DNA of 32,026 nt from a virus (Duplodnaviria > Caudoviricetes). This document shows positions 17,336 through 25,887 of the stretch, piece after piece. The stretch is taken from IMG/VR virus record IMGVR_UViG_3300014202_000360, positions 1 to 32,026 of that record. One strand, given 5' to 3'. The stretch's first letter is position 1. Every line of letters starts with the position of its first letter. The notes under the pieces are model-generated. The model was not told the origin of the DNA, did not search any database, and saw only the letters and a list, made by a program, of their open reading frames with translations. A program made the translations under genes and the position numbers.

Positions 17336-19390
17336 TTAGTCGGCCGGCTGTTCGGCCATCGCCTCGCGACGGGCTTCCGCATTGTCGGCGGCCACGTCGC
17401 GGGACAATTCTGATCGGGCGGCAGCCTCGACGCGTGCGAGTTGCATCTTGCCCTCGATTTCGTAGCGGCGAAGTTTCATCTCGGCCGCCAGTCGTTGCTC
17501 CTGCAAGGCGATTTCAGCATCAAGCCGGCGCTGATCCATTGCGATCTGCGCTTGTGCCTTCATCGCCTCAATTTCGGCCTGTCGCGCGGCGGCCTGAGCA
17601 TCCATCGCCATCTTCGCCTGCTGATTGGCCGCATCCTGTTGAGCCTGCTGCTGTTTCAGTTGCATCTCGGCTTGCATCCGCAGCACCTCGGGAGGGGGAG
17701 GCGGCGGCACGGGCTGACCATCGGGGCCGGTCGGACCCTTCATCTTCTCAAGCAGCTTGTCCTTGTTCCGCAGCGACGACGCTTCAATCAGCGCATCCGG
17801 CGGGATCAGGCCCGGCATCTTGCTTGCCATCTCCGCCAGCATCCCGAATTGCTCGGCCTGCAACGTCGCCACGTCCGGCGCTTCCTCGACAACGATATCC
17901 ACCGTCATCTCGGCCACGTTGTTTTCAATCCGGACCGGCTGGGCCAAGCGGGGATCGCCGGGAACGAGGCCATCGCGGGCCATAAGAGCCTGCTGCTTGT
18001 CTGGCGGCATGGATGCCAGTTCTTCGCCCAGCGTGACCATGCGGTTCAGCCCGACGAACCGCACGTTGCGTTCATCGTCCGTCACCCGCACGTATTTTTC
18101 CGCCGTCCAGAACTGCCGGACGCGGTTCCAAATCGTGCGATACACGCGGCGCTTGAACTGGTGGAAGCGGTCCATGATCGCGCCGTCAATCTCGACCTCG
18201 CCGCCCTGTTGGCTGGCCATGATCGCGCGCCCGGACGCAGCCTGCGTCTGCTTGCCCATGAGGAACGCATTGGGGCCGGTCGCCTCAAGGGACGCCTTGG
18301 CCTCTTGCAACAGCGCGAATTGCCCGGTTGCGAGGTCGCCGGTCTGCTGGATTTCAAACTTCATGCCCGGCGTGACTTCGACGTAGCCATCAGGCCGGGC
18401 CAGTTCCGCCCGAGCCGCGCTCACGTCCTGCACCGCGCCTTGTTCCGCGATCACCTGCCGAACCGACAGCAGGTGCAGAGCCTTCGACCGGCGCTTGTTC
18501 ACTTCGTCCTGCGGGTCGATCATGTCCCGCACGATGCCATACCGCCAGTTCTTGCGGTCGATGTAGCCCGATTGAAGGATCAGGCTGCACTCGCTCTTGC
18601 CCTCGTCGTCGGTGTATGGCGAGCGCATCGGTTCATCGAGAAACCCACCAGCCGTGAACGTGGCAAGCCACCATTCGCCGCGCTCCATCCAGTGAAGCTG
18701 GATCACGCGGACCCGCTTGCGCTGCGGATCGGCCCAGACAAGCGGGCGGTCGTCGTAGGTGTCCGACGTAGACGAACCCTCATGCTCATACGCGCCTGCG
18801 ATAGCTGGATCAGCACCGGGCCAGCGGGCAAGAACGCTGTCGTCATCCATCCACAGGACGCCGCCGAGGTATTTGCCGTCCGCGAAGTCGTAAGCCCGTG
18901 AATGCGGATCGAAGAACAGCCGGTCCCACGGGAAATGCTCAAGGATGATCTTGTGGTCGCCCGTGTCGGTGCGTTGAACCGTCACGTCGACGCCGCCCAT
19001 GCCCTCCACCAGCATATCCGTGAGGACGAGAGGGCAGATTTCCTCGAACAGGTTCAGATCGCACACATACCGGATGGCGTCGGTCGCCGCGTGCGCGCCC
19101 TGCTCATCGGCCGGGTTGCGCGGGAATGCCTTGGGATCGGTCCGGCCGCGCTTTTCCAGGCCCAACAGGTAGTTGACTTTGGGCTTGATGCGGTTGTCGA
19201 TCACGGGAGGCTGGCCGCGCGCCGCGAGGGTCGCCAGTTCCGCCGCCGTCAGTTGGCGTCCGTCGTAATAGTCCCGCGACCGCTCGGCTTCCTCTCGGTT
19301 CTCGCTGGTGCCGTCCTCAGCCTCGGTGAACCACTTACGCAGCATGGGCAGGCGGTCCTTTTCCCCGCTGTCCTGCTGCGTGTCGCTCAT
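17336..19390 (-). CDS. Portal protein (P22-like, with C-terminal coiled-coil barrel)
   Basis: DYYDG.Q....L..RGQP....NRI, FFDP.S, PQDE.NKRRSK..H and SGRAI..QQGG motifs, plus a Q/A/E-rich tail. Confidence 0.95.
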   Translation of the reverse strand: MSDTQQDSGEKDRLPMLRKWFTEAEDGTSENREEAERSRDYYDGRQLTAAELATLAARGQPPVIDNRIKPKVNYLLGLEKRGRTDPKAFPRNPADEQGAHAATDAIRYVCDLNLFEEICPLVLTDMLVEGMGGVDVTVQRTDTGDHKIILEHFPWDRLFFDPHSRAYDFADGKYLGGVLWMDDDSVLARWPGADPAIAGAYEHEGSSTSDTYDDRPLVWADPQRKRVRVIQLHWMERGEWWLATFTAGGFLDEPMRSPYTDDEGKSECSLILQSGYIDRKNWRYGIVRDMIDPQDEVNKRRSKALHLLSVRQVIAEQGAVQDVSAARAELARPDGYVEVTPGMKFEIQQTGDLATGQFALLQEAKASLEATGPNAFLMGKQTQAASGRAIMASQQGGEVEIDGAIMDRFHQFKRRVYRTIWNRVRQFWTAEKYVRVTDDERNVRFVGLNRMVTLGEELASMPPDKQQALMARDGLVPGDPRLAQPVRIENNVAEMTVDIVVEEAPDVATLQAEQFGMLAEMASKMPGLIPPDALIEASSLRNKDKLLEKMKGPTGPDGQPVPPPPPPEVLRMQAEMQLKQQQAQQDAANQQAKMAMDAQAAARQAEIEAMKAQAQIAMDQRRLDAEIALQEQRLAAEMKLRRYEIEGKMQLARVEAAARSELSRDVAADNAEARREAMAEQPAD

Positions 19391-20913
19391 GCCGTTTTCC
19401 AGTTTCCAGAGGTTGGCGCGGGGCGGCCCCGGCCGTAGTCGTTTGCAGGCTCAGGACCGCGAGCATTCTTGCCGTCGCCCGGCCCGATCATCTTGTCCAA
19501 CAACTGCCCGACCAGCCCGAGTGCATCGACCTGATCGTCGTGCTTGCCGGCCGGGAATGACATCAATTCGCTTTCCAGTTCCGCCCGCCATGCGGCGCCG
19601 GCCGGAATGTGCAGCCCGTCGAGCGCCATGCGCCCCCGGATCGACTGCGCCCGAACGCTCTTGTCGCCTCGGGTCGGGAACTGCGTTCGCGCCACGAATG
19701 CGCGCCGCTCACGGGACCTGCGATCCAAGAACGGACCGACGCCGGCCCGGATTTGCCCCTGTTCCTCGGCCCACCCGATCGGCTTCCATTGAAGCACCAG
19801 ATCGCAGAAAGCCTCGATCCACACGTCCGACGATGCCTGCCCGCGCCACAGATCGAGCAACCAGAGCTTGCCGTCTCGGTCCATGCCGACGACCGCGTGG
19901 ACCGTGAAGTCGCCGCCGTTGGACGTGACCGCATAATCCGATCCGCCGTAGACCCGCATACTCTCGCGCGGCGGCGTTGACGTGACCGGGTGCAGCCAAT
20001 CGCGGCGGAAGTAGTCGCCATCCTCGGGCGCGGGCCGCTGCTGATACAGCGCCGACCATGTGCGCGCATCCCGCTTGGCCTCGGCCAGCATGTCCGGCGT
20101 AAACCAGTCCGGCCAGAGCGGATCGCCGGGCGCCCTGCCCAGCGGGTCGTCCGCCTCGGCCTCCATCGGCAGTCGCAGCACGTCCCACGGTCGCCCGCCG
20201 GATGCCATGTCCTCTTCCAGCCGGCCGCCCAGGTCCTGCTCGGACCATCGCGTCATGATCAGCACCACGCGGGCGCCAGGCTTGAGGCGGGTCGACAGAT
20301 CAGCGCGCCACCATTCCCAGACCCGCTCGGAGACCGTCTCGCTGTCCGCGTCCTGCCGAGACTTTACCGGGTCGTCGATCAGCACCAGATCGGCGCGGCG
20401 GCCCGTGATCGGACCGAGAATGCCAGCGGCGAAATACTCCCCGCCCTCGTGCGTTTCCCACCGGCCGGCCGCCTTGTTGTCAGCGGAAAGATAGACGCCG
20501 AGGGTGGCCGCGTGTTCCGCTATCAGGTTGCGAACGCGGCGCCCGAACCTCTCGGCCAGTTCGGCGGTGTGCGATGCGGCGATCAGCGCGGCCTTGGGAT
20601 TGTTGGCCAGGAACCACGCGGGGAACAGCACACTCGCGTAAGTCGATTTCGCGGAACCCGGCGGCATCAGGACCATCAGGCGGTCAATGCGACCATCCGC
20701 GACGGCCTGTAGTTTTTCGATCAGTAGGCGGTGATGAAGCGCCGGCTCCTGGCCCTGCTTGGCCAGCGCGGCACGGCACCATGCGAGCAGGCTACGGCGG
20801 CAAAGTCGGCGGTGCTGCTCCTGCTTGATCGCCACCCTCTCCACCAAGCTCGGCCTCAAGCCAAGCCTCGCGTTCGGCAAGTTCAGCGTCGCTGAGATGC
20901 CCAAGTTCTCCAT
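19387..20913 (-). CDS. terL: Terminase large subunit
   Basis: MPPGSAKS Walker A, ITGRRAD..LIDDPVK Walker B, IMTRW, LYQQRP and FPAGKHDDQVDA nuclease motif. The true start may be GTG at 20844 or 20835. Confidence 0.95.
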   Translation of the reverse strand: MENLGISATLNLPNARLGLRPSLVERVAIKQEQHRRLCRRSLLAWCRAALAKQGQEPALHHRLLIEKLQAVADGRIDRLMVLMPPGSAKSTYASVLFPAWFLANNPKAALIAASHTAELAERFGRRVRNLIAEHAATLGVYLSADNKAAGRWETHEGGEYFAAGILGPITGRRADLVLIDDPVKSRQDADSETVSERVWEWWRADLSTRLKPGARVVLIMTRWSEQDLGGRLEEDMASGGRPWDVLRLPMEAEADDPLGRAPGDPLWPDWFTPDMLAEAKRDARTWSALYQQRPAPEDGDYFRRDWLHPVTSTPPRESMRVYGGSDYAVTSNGGDFTVHAVVGMDRDGKLWLLDLWRGQASSDVWIEAFCDLVLQWKPIGWAEEQGQIRAGVGPFLDRRSRERRAFVARTQFPTRGDKSVRAQSIRGRMALDGLHIPAGAAWRAELESELMSFPAGKHDDQVDALGLVGQLLDKMIGPGDGKNARGPEPANDYGRGRPAPTSGNWKTA

Positions 20914-21226
20914 TCAGGTTCACGGTGCGCGCAACCGGCGTGCCAAGGATGCGGTTCTGAAATCCGAAGATCGCCGCAAGCCGGTCGTTGTCGCGTTCGC
21001 CGTCGACCGCGATGTTCAGCACCAGTTCGTTGAGCGCCTCGGCCTGTGCCGCTCGGTCCATGGCCTTGAGCATCGCCCGGAACTGGACCTTTGGATCAGA
21101 TGACACATCGCCAGCAATCCGGTTTTCAAGGCTCTGGCTGAACGAGGGCGCATCAGACCCCGCGCCCTTCGCAGGGCCGCCATATCCGCGACCGTTGCCG
21201 TGTCGGGTTGTGCTTGATGCTGCCAT
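20792..21226 (-). CDS. Probable terminase small subunit
   Basis: Directly upstream of and overlapping terL; RLAA.....NRILGTPV...LSDAEL helical pattern. Start chosen at MAASSTTRHGNG. Confidence 0.65.
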   Translation of the reverse strand: MAASSTTRHGNGRGYGGPAKGAGSDAPSFSQSLENRIAGDVSSDPKVQFRAMLKAMDRAAQAEALNELVLNIAVDGERDNDRLAAIFGFQNRILGTPVARTVNLNGELGHLSDAELAEREAWLEAELGGEGGDQAGAAPPTLPP

Positions 21227-21292
21227 GTCAGGATAGCCTCGGGCGTGCGTTTCGCCAGGGTATGGGAGCGGTGGCATACTTTGCTACCAAGG

Positions 21293-21781
21293 TCAAGAAC
21301 CTTCGCCCAAGCCGTAATGCTCGACCAATCGCGTCAACGCAGCCTCAACCCGCCCCGATACCCGATGGCGCGTGGCCCCATAGTGCGTCGCCAGATCGGA
21401 GAGCGTCCAGTTTTCCAGGATCAGCCGCCGGATCGTCCAGCCCATCGTGTAACCGAGCATGTCCATCGCCTCGCGGTATGACGTGGCAGCATCCAGCCGC
21501 GATATCATCCGCCCATCGGGTGACCATGCGGCAGTCCCACCTCCGCCGTTCTGCGCCGCGCCCTCAATGCCGACCTCGTAGTCCCGCCGAAACCGCGCGC
21601 CAGCCTCGACGTGCGCCGCGGTCCAGGTCTCCGGTGACTGCTTGTGCATCGCGAGCAAAGCGTCGAACCGGCGGAACCCGTCAATCTGCCGCGGCTCTCG
21701 ACGGAGCGGGCTGGTATCGTCCGGGTCCTGCCAGCATGAGCGCATGACGGGGCCGCCGGGAATGTCGGTGATTGCGCTCAT
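21293..21781 (-). CDS. Late-gene transcription regulator-like protein (DUF6456-like, C-terminal HTH)
   Basis: AGARFRRDYE motif and C-terminal WTLSDLA......RV..AL.RL..HYG; Q-equivalent position before the terminase genes. Confidence 0.65.
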   Translation of the reverse strand: MSAITDIPGGPVMRSCWQDPDDTSPLRREPRQIDGFRRFDALLAMHKQSPETWTAAHVEAGARFRRDYEVGIEGAAQNGGGGTAAWSPDGRMISRLDAATSYREAMDMLGYTMGWTIRRLILENWTLSDLATHYGATRHRVSGRVEAALTRLVEHYGLGEGS

Positions 21782-21903
21782 GCGTAGAACCCTCTCATTT
21801 GCGTCAGGGCGGCCGCTTGGGTGGGGGCCGCTACCACCCTAGCGGGGCAGGTCGTCGGAAGGCCGCGCGCGCGCTCAGTCGCGGCTGGTTGCGTGGGTTT
21901 CAT
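21778..21903 (-). CDS. 41-aa hypothetical protein
   Basis: TGATG and ATGA coupling on both sides. Confidence 0.4.
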   Translation of the reverse strand: MKPTQPAATERARGLPTTCPARVVAAPTQAAALTQMRGFYA

Positions 21904-22145
21904 CACACCCGCGCCCTCGACTGCATCCCGGAACTGGTCCCGAGGTGCCAACCCCCGCAAGCCTCGCATCGGTAGCTTTCCCGCGTTCGACGGTCGCCCT
22001 TGGTCCCCGGTCCGAACCCCTTGCGCTTCTTCGCCACGTCGGCGGCAAGCGCGGGGCTGTCGAACCGGACCTTGCCGGTGCAGCCATCGGCGTATTGGGG
22101 CCGCTCGACGTTCGGATTTGGAGCCTTGGCGTAGGCTGGTGGCAT
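21903..22145 (-). CDS. Small Zn-binding protein
   Basis: C.GK.RF.S...A...YRCEACGGWHL (C...CxxC...H ligands); GGAGG RBS and TGATG coupling. Confidence 0.7.
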   Translation of the reverse strand: MPPAYAKAPNPNVERPQYADGCTGKVRFDSPALAADVAKKRKGFGPGTKGDRRTRESYRCEACGGWHLGTSSGMQSRARV

Positions 22146-22342
22146 CACGCCCTCCCTCCTTGCCGATCCGCCTCGATCACCCCCGCATCGGTCAGGATCG
22201 CCGTAGCGTGCCCCTTGGCGTTTGGGTTCGGGGTCAGCCGCAGCAAGCCGGCGCGGTTCCAGGCGGTGATGCGTTCCCAGTCCCGGTCCCGGTTCGAGAC
22301 GGCGGTTGGGAACCGGAATGCGGCCAGGGTCCGGGGCTTCAT
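22145..22342 (-). CDS. 65-aa hypothetical (winged-helix-like) protein
   Basis: AAGGA RBS; AGLL.L...LTDAG resembles a wHTH wing; coupled to the next gene. Confidence 0.5.
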   Translation of the reverse strand: MKPRTLAAFRFPTAVSNRDRDWERITAWNRAGLLRLTPNPNAKGHATAILTDAGVIEADRQGGRA

Positions 22343-22365
22343 GCGGCGTTCCTTTTCTGCGACAC

Positions 22366-22543
22366 CCGAACTTCTCCGCGCGCCGGCCCGGCCCACTGGG
22401 AAACATTTGGAACTGGGTCCCCGAACTTCTCTCCCCGAACTACGGGGAGAAGTTCGGGACCCGAAGTTCCGAAGTTTACTAGTGGGCCGGGGGAAGAACT
22501 TCGGGTGCAAACCCGTAGTTTCCCGAAGTTCACCCCGAAGTTC
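22366..22543. repeat. Iteron-like cluster, candidate replication origin
   Basis: About 10 copies of CCGAASTTC or variants in both orientations (22366, 22421, 22435, 22449rc, 22461, 22469, 22496rc, 22513, 22523, 22535), directly after the helicase gene. Confidence 0.7.
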
Positions 22544-22549
22544 TCCGGG

Positions 22550-23830
22550 TTACGCATCGGCGCTAAATTCCTGTCTCATTTCTGATAATTTCGTTGCGTT
22601 CACGCGCAGACACCCGGTCTCTTTGTAGTTTATGGAGGGGCTGTTGTATGTGCTGTTTTCCAGGACGCCGGCCTCAATCCAGGTCTTAATGATGGTTCCG
22701 GCTTGGCCCTCTGAACAGGCTGCAAGGTCTGCAATCAGCTTGCCGACCCACCGCTTTGACTGCTTGGCGGCGGCATAAAACTCGCCATTGGACGGGCCGG
22801 CCTCGATCGCGGCCATGATTTGCTCGATCACACCCCACGTCATCCCATCCCACGGGCTGGGAGGCACCCAGGGTTCGGCGGCGGCTACCTCCTCCTCATT
22901 GTCCAGGAGGTGCGGGACCCGCTTGAACCACTCGGCCGCATCAAGGGGGGCATAGTTCTGCTTGGCGCCGTCCAGGCGGAAATAGAGCCTGCGCTGGCGG
23001 ATATCGACGCCGCACTTGCCGGCTTCTTCCTCGGACATAGGGCACACGGTGAACACCACGCGGGCCGCGCCGACGACGGCAGAGGCACCGCGCACGGCGT
23101 CGGGATCGCCGGGGGTGGTGGCACCCTTGCGCGTGTGGTGCAGGATCACCACGCCCATCTGGAACCGTTGGGCCAGGGACCGGAAATACGCCACCACGGC
23201 GCGGAGGCCGGTGTTGTCGTTTTCTTCCGCGTTGTGCAGTTCCACCAGCGGATCGAGGATCAGGATATCCGGCCGGAACTCTTCTAGGATGGCTTCTAAC
23301 TCGACCATCGCGCGGGTCGGGACGCAGTAGCCGGACACGGGATCGCGGGTGATAAGGGTCCCGATCTGGTCCGGCCCGATGATCTGCATTGTCTCGGGTA
23401 TTTCGGTCGGGCTGCGATCGAACTGGCGGCATGTGGCGCTGATCCTGCGGCGTTCTTCGTCAAGGTCGTCTTCGGTGTTGTAGGACAGAACCTTGAGCGG
23501 GACGGGAATGCGGAACCGGCCGTATGTGAGACCGAACGCTGCGGCGATCATCCAGCCTTTGACCAGCGAGGATTTGCCCGCGCTGCCAGCCCCGGCCAAA
23601 ACGGTGACAGACCCGCGCATGATGTAGCCCGGGACGATCCAGGGGCGTTTCGGAATGTCGACCTCTGCCCAGCCGCCGGCAGAATGCCACAAGGCAGGTC
23701 CGGTCGGAACCGGGTCGCCTTTCAGTGAGACGACGTTGCCGTATGCCTCATACCCTGCCGGCGGCGGCGGGTCCTCTCCCCACGGATCAGGGCCGGCCGG
23801 AATGGACGGATCGAAGAAATTACCGGCCAT
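22550..23830 (-). CDS. AAA_25 / RepA-like (SF4-type) replicative helicase
   Basis: PWIVPGYI..G.VT.LAGAGSAGKSS Walker A, ILILDPL Walker B, ENDN, LHHTRK, RGASA...AAR and KQNY. Confidence 0.88.
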   Translation of the reverse strand: MAGNFFDPSIPAGPDPWGEDPPPPAGYEAYGNVVSLKGDPVPTGPALWHSAGGWAEVDIPKRPWIVPGYIMRGSVTVLAGAGSAGKSSLVKGWMIAAAFGLTYGRFRIPVPLKVLSYNTEDDLDEERRRISATCRQFDRSPTEIPETMQIIGPDQIGTLITRDPVSGYCVPTRAMVELEAILEEFRPDILILDPLVELHNAEENDNTGLRAVVAYFRSLAQRFQMGVVILHHTRKGATTPGDPDAVRGASAVVGAARVVFTVCPMSEEEAGKCGVDIRQRRLYFRLDGAKQNYAPLDAAEWFKRVPHLLDNEEEVAAAEPWVPPSPWDGMTWGVIEQIMAAIEAGPSNGEFYAAAKQSKRWVGKLIADLAACSEGQAGTIIKTWIEAGVLENSTYNSPSINYKETGCLRVNATKLSEMRQEFSADA

Positions 23831-24221
23831 GAGCAGCCCTCAATTCGGGACGGAAGGGGGGATAGATCGCGCGCCGGTATTCAGGGCAGATCGAGGCGAA
23901 CGCGCGCTGTAGCTGCACGTCGTCGCCAGCAAGGCGGGTGTAGTAGCCCACCGGATCGGCGGCTTCCTCGGCTGCCAGGCGTTCCGCTACGGCGTCCGCT
24001 TGGGCAATGTCGTTGGCGAGGGTGACCAGAACGTAATCCGATAGGTCGTTGAAAACGTCGGTCGGGAGGTATGTGGCGCCCATCTGCATGGCGCGGCGCA
24101 TGACCGCATCGGCGGCGTCTCCGAAGTCGTGGTCCCCGTTGTGGACCTTGATGGCCTGGACGCGGATCATCGCCCGCATCCGGGGCACGACATGGGCGCG
24201 GAATGCCTCCGGGAAGGTCAT
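23820..24221 (-). CDS. Hypothetical protein (133 aa)
   Basis: ATGA-coupled start MTFPEAFR; phage-like codon use; overlaps the helicase start. Confidence 0.65.
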   Translation of the reverse strand: MTFPEAFRAHVVPRMRAMIRVQAIKVHNGDHDFGDAADAVMRRAMQMGATYLPTDVFNDLSDYVLVTLANDIAQADAVAERLAAEEAADPVGYYTRLAGDDVQLQRAFASICPEYRRAIYPPFRPELRAAHGR

Positions 24222-24520
24222 GCGTCCGCCCTGATCGGATGGCGCTGCACACAATCCCCAAACCAGACGACCCACGTATCCGGGTCGATCGTGACCAGCC
24301 ATTGCCGCCCGTCGAGTTCGATCCAGGAGAACCATTCCCAGCCGTATTCGTTGCCTTCGCGGGAGCCGTAGAACGCCTTGAACTCCTGGCCGTTGATGGT
24401 GAAGCGTGCCCAGATGGAGCCGTTCGGGTCCTTCACGGCTTGGTCCATGACAATCGGGCCGGCTTCGCACATGCCGTGCCGCGCGCCGTCGATCTTGGGG
24501 CCTAGGGTTACGGGGTTCAC
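24218..24520 (-). CDS. Hypothetical Trp-rich protein (100 aa)
   Basis: GTGA-coupled start; 3' part of track ORF 24218..24721. Confidence 0.6.
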   Translation of the reverse strand: MNPVTLGPKIDGARHGMCEAGPIVMDQAVKDPNGSIWARFTINGQEFKAFYGSREGNEYGWEWFSWIELDGRQWLVTIDPDTWVVWFGDCVQRHPIRADA

Positions 24521-24687
24521 AGGCACACCCCGCCGTATTTCTTGCCCACCGCTTTCAGCAGCAACTCGATCTCGTCTGTGGTCATTTCTCTCGTCACGAC
24601 CTTGGGCGCGGAGAAGTCTTTGCCGATCGCCCAGCCAATCACGCCGGCGATCAGGATCGCACGGATGGCTCGCCAATGCCCGCTCAA
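24517..24687 (-). CDS. 56-aa protein with an N-terminal hydrophobic segment
   Basis: Not in the track. TTGA overlap with the rusA stop, GAGGA RBS, GTGA overlap downstream: MSGHWRAIRAILIAGVIGWAIGKDFSAPKVVTREMTTDEIELLLKAVGKKYGGVCL. Confidence 0.6.
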   Translation of the reverse strand: MSGHWRAIRAILIAGVIGWAIGKDFSAPKVVTREMTTDEIELLLKAVGKKYGGVCL

Positions 24688-25169
24688 AACGGCGTCCTCG
24701 CACGAACAGCGGCCAGCGCATCCAGCCGCTTGCGTGAGGGCTTTTTGGGCGCGACGTAGCCCACAGGACCGACGCGCGCCGCCTTGCGAACGTGGCCTAG
24801 GTCTGGCCGCTCTGTCAGGACGACTAGACAGTCATCCCGCTCCATCGGCTCCATCGTCAGTCGGTTGATGTTCCCGTCGTTGCTGACGACGCCGACGCGC
24901 TGCAACAGGTCGCCAATCGGCTTCTCCCAATTCGGCGTGTCGCGCGCGCTGATCGGCACCCTCAGTTCCATGTCGTATCGCATTGTGAGCATGGGCGCCC
25001 CCACCATCTGCCGCTTGACCTCCCACCCGGCTGAAACAAGCCAAGAGCGGTATTCACGGCTCTTGGTCCGCGCCTTGCCGGGAACGTGTGACCACAGCTT
25101 GTTCGCGCTAGGCGGCCGCGGGACTGTAATTACAATACTAGGTTGAATTGTATTGATATTGTCGCACAT
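24684..25169 (-). CDS. rusA: RusA-family Holliday junction resolvase with a replaced N-terminus
   Basis: P.PPSAN.LW, KSREY..W and RD..N..K...D.L...GV..ND motifs. Start uncertain (25169 or 25199). Confidence 0.8.
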   Translation of the reverse strand: MCDNINTIQPSIVITVPRPPSANKLWSHVPGKARTKSREYRSWLVSAGWEVKRQMVGAPMLTMRYDMELRVPISARDTPNWEKPIGDLLQRVGVVSNDGNINRLTMEPMERDDCLVVLTERPDLGHVRKAARVGPVGYVAPKKPSRKRLDALAAVRARTPF

Positions 25170-25180
25170 TCGTCTATACT
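25153..25180 (+). promoter_or_regulatory. Sigma70-like promoter for the antisense HNH gene
   Basis: TTGATA-N16-TATACT in an AT-rich patch about 40 nt upstream of ATG 25222. Confidence 0.6.
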
Positions 25181-25221
25181 TCCACACACAAGTTATCATT
25201 CGTGGCGGGCTGGCACAGGGT

Positions 25222-25809
25222 ATGGATATTACGACGCGTCAGGAGGCAAAGGCGCTGGGCGCCACTCACTATTTTACGGGTAAACCGTGTAAGCACGGGC
25301 ATATCGCGAAGCGATACACCAAAACGAAAATTTGCGCTGATTGCGGCTACGAGCACCGCCGCCGCCAACAACTCGCGAACCCAGAGGACAACAGAAGGCG
25401 GTCGAAGGCGTGGCGTGACGCCAACAAAGACCGTGCCAATAACCGGGCAAAATCTTGGCACGCGGCCCACCCAGACAGGGTCCGGGCAATCAAAAAGGCA
25501 TGGCAGGATCGGAACCCTGATTACGTCCGGGCCAACACCGCAAACGGCAGGGCTCGCCGCAAGAATGCCTCCGGCGTCCATTCGGCTGACGAGATAGCCT
25601 CGATTTTTGCCCTTCAGCGTGGCCGGTGTGCCAACCCCATATGCCGAGCGAGCATCAAGCGGGGATACCACCGCGACCACATCATCCCCCTTGTTCTTGG
25701 TGGGGATAACACCATCAGAAACATCCAGTTGCTCTGCCGACCGTGCAACTTGAGCAAGGGGGCAAAGCACCCGATCGAATGGGCGCGCGGCATCGGGATG
25801 CTGATCTAG
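25222..25809 (+). CDS. Free-standing HNH homing endonuclease, antisense to the operon
   Basis: N-terminal EAKALG..HYFTGKPCKHGH...RY.....C..C; C-terminal Q.GRCA..C...H.DHIIPL..GG.N...NIQLLC..CN.SK. Confidence 0.9.
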   Translation: MDITTRQEAKALGATHYFTGKPCKHGHIAKRYTKTKICADCGYEHRRRQQLANPEDNRRRSKAWRDANKDRANNRAKSWHAAHPDRVRAIKKAWQDRNPDYVRANTANGRARRKNASGVHSADEIASIFALQRGRCANPICRASIKRGYHRDHIIPLVLGGDNTIRNIQLLCRPCNLSKGAKHPIEWARGIGMLI

Positions 25810-25887
25810 CCCCGGCACGTTCCGCCAGATGCGGTTCGCGCTCGGGGGCGTCGGGACGGTGATGATGATGGTGGGGCGGTCTGTCAC
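25810..25887 (-). pseudogene. rusA: Orphaned original 5' end of rusA (MTDRPTIIITVPTPPSANRIWRNVPG)
   Basis: Aligns with QPSIVITVPRPPSANKLWSHVPG of the downstream rusA; GTGA-coupled to the upstream gene; similarity ends exactly at the HNH stop codon. Confidence 0.85.

Noticed and set aside
21227-21296. Late promoter upstream of terS (TTGACC at 21296-21291)
   Set aside because: No acceptable -10 at 16-18 nt spacing; the position is plausible but unsupported.
22366-22543. CRISPR-like array, or the 72-aa ORF 22339..22557
   Set aside because: The repeats are 9 bp, irregularly spaced and in both orientations, with no cas genes. The NFG repeats in the ORF simply reflect the DNA motif, although coupling at its ends means translation is not excluded.
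25174-25887. 237-aa minus-strand ORF starting with the RusA N-terminus
   Set aside because: Only the first 26 codons are RusA-like; the rest is the antisense of the HNH gene. It may be translated as a junk fusion but is not a credible gene.
25073-25887. Group I intron or intein interpretation of the rusA insertion
   Set aside because: The HNH is antisense, nearly the whole insert is accounted for by the ORF, promoter and duplicate, and I see no ribozyme core or intein motifs.
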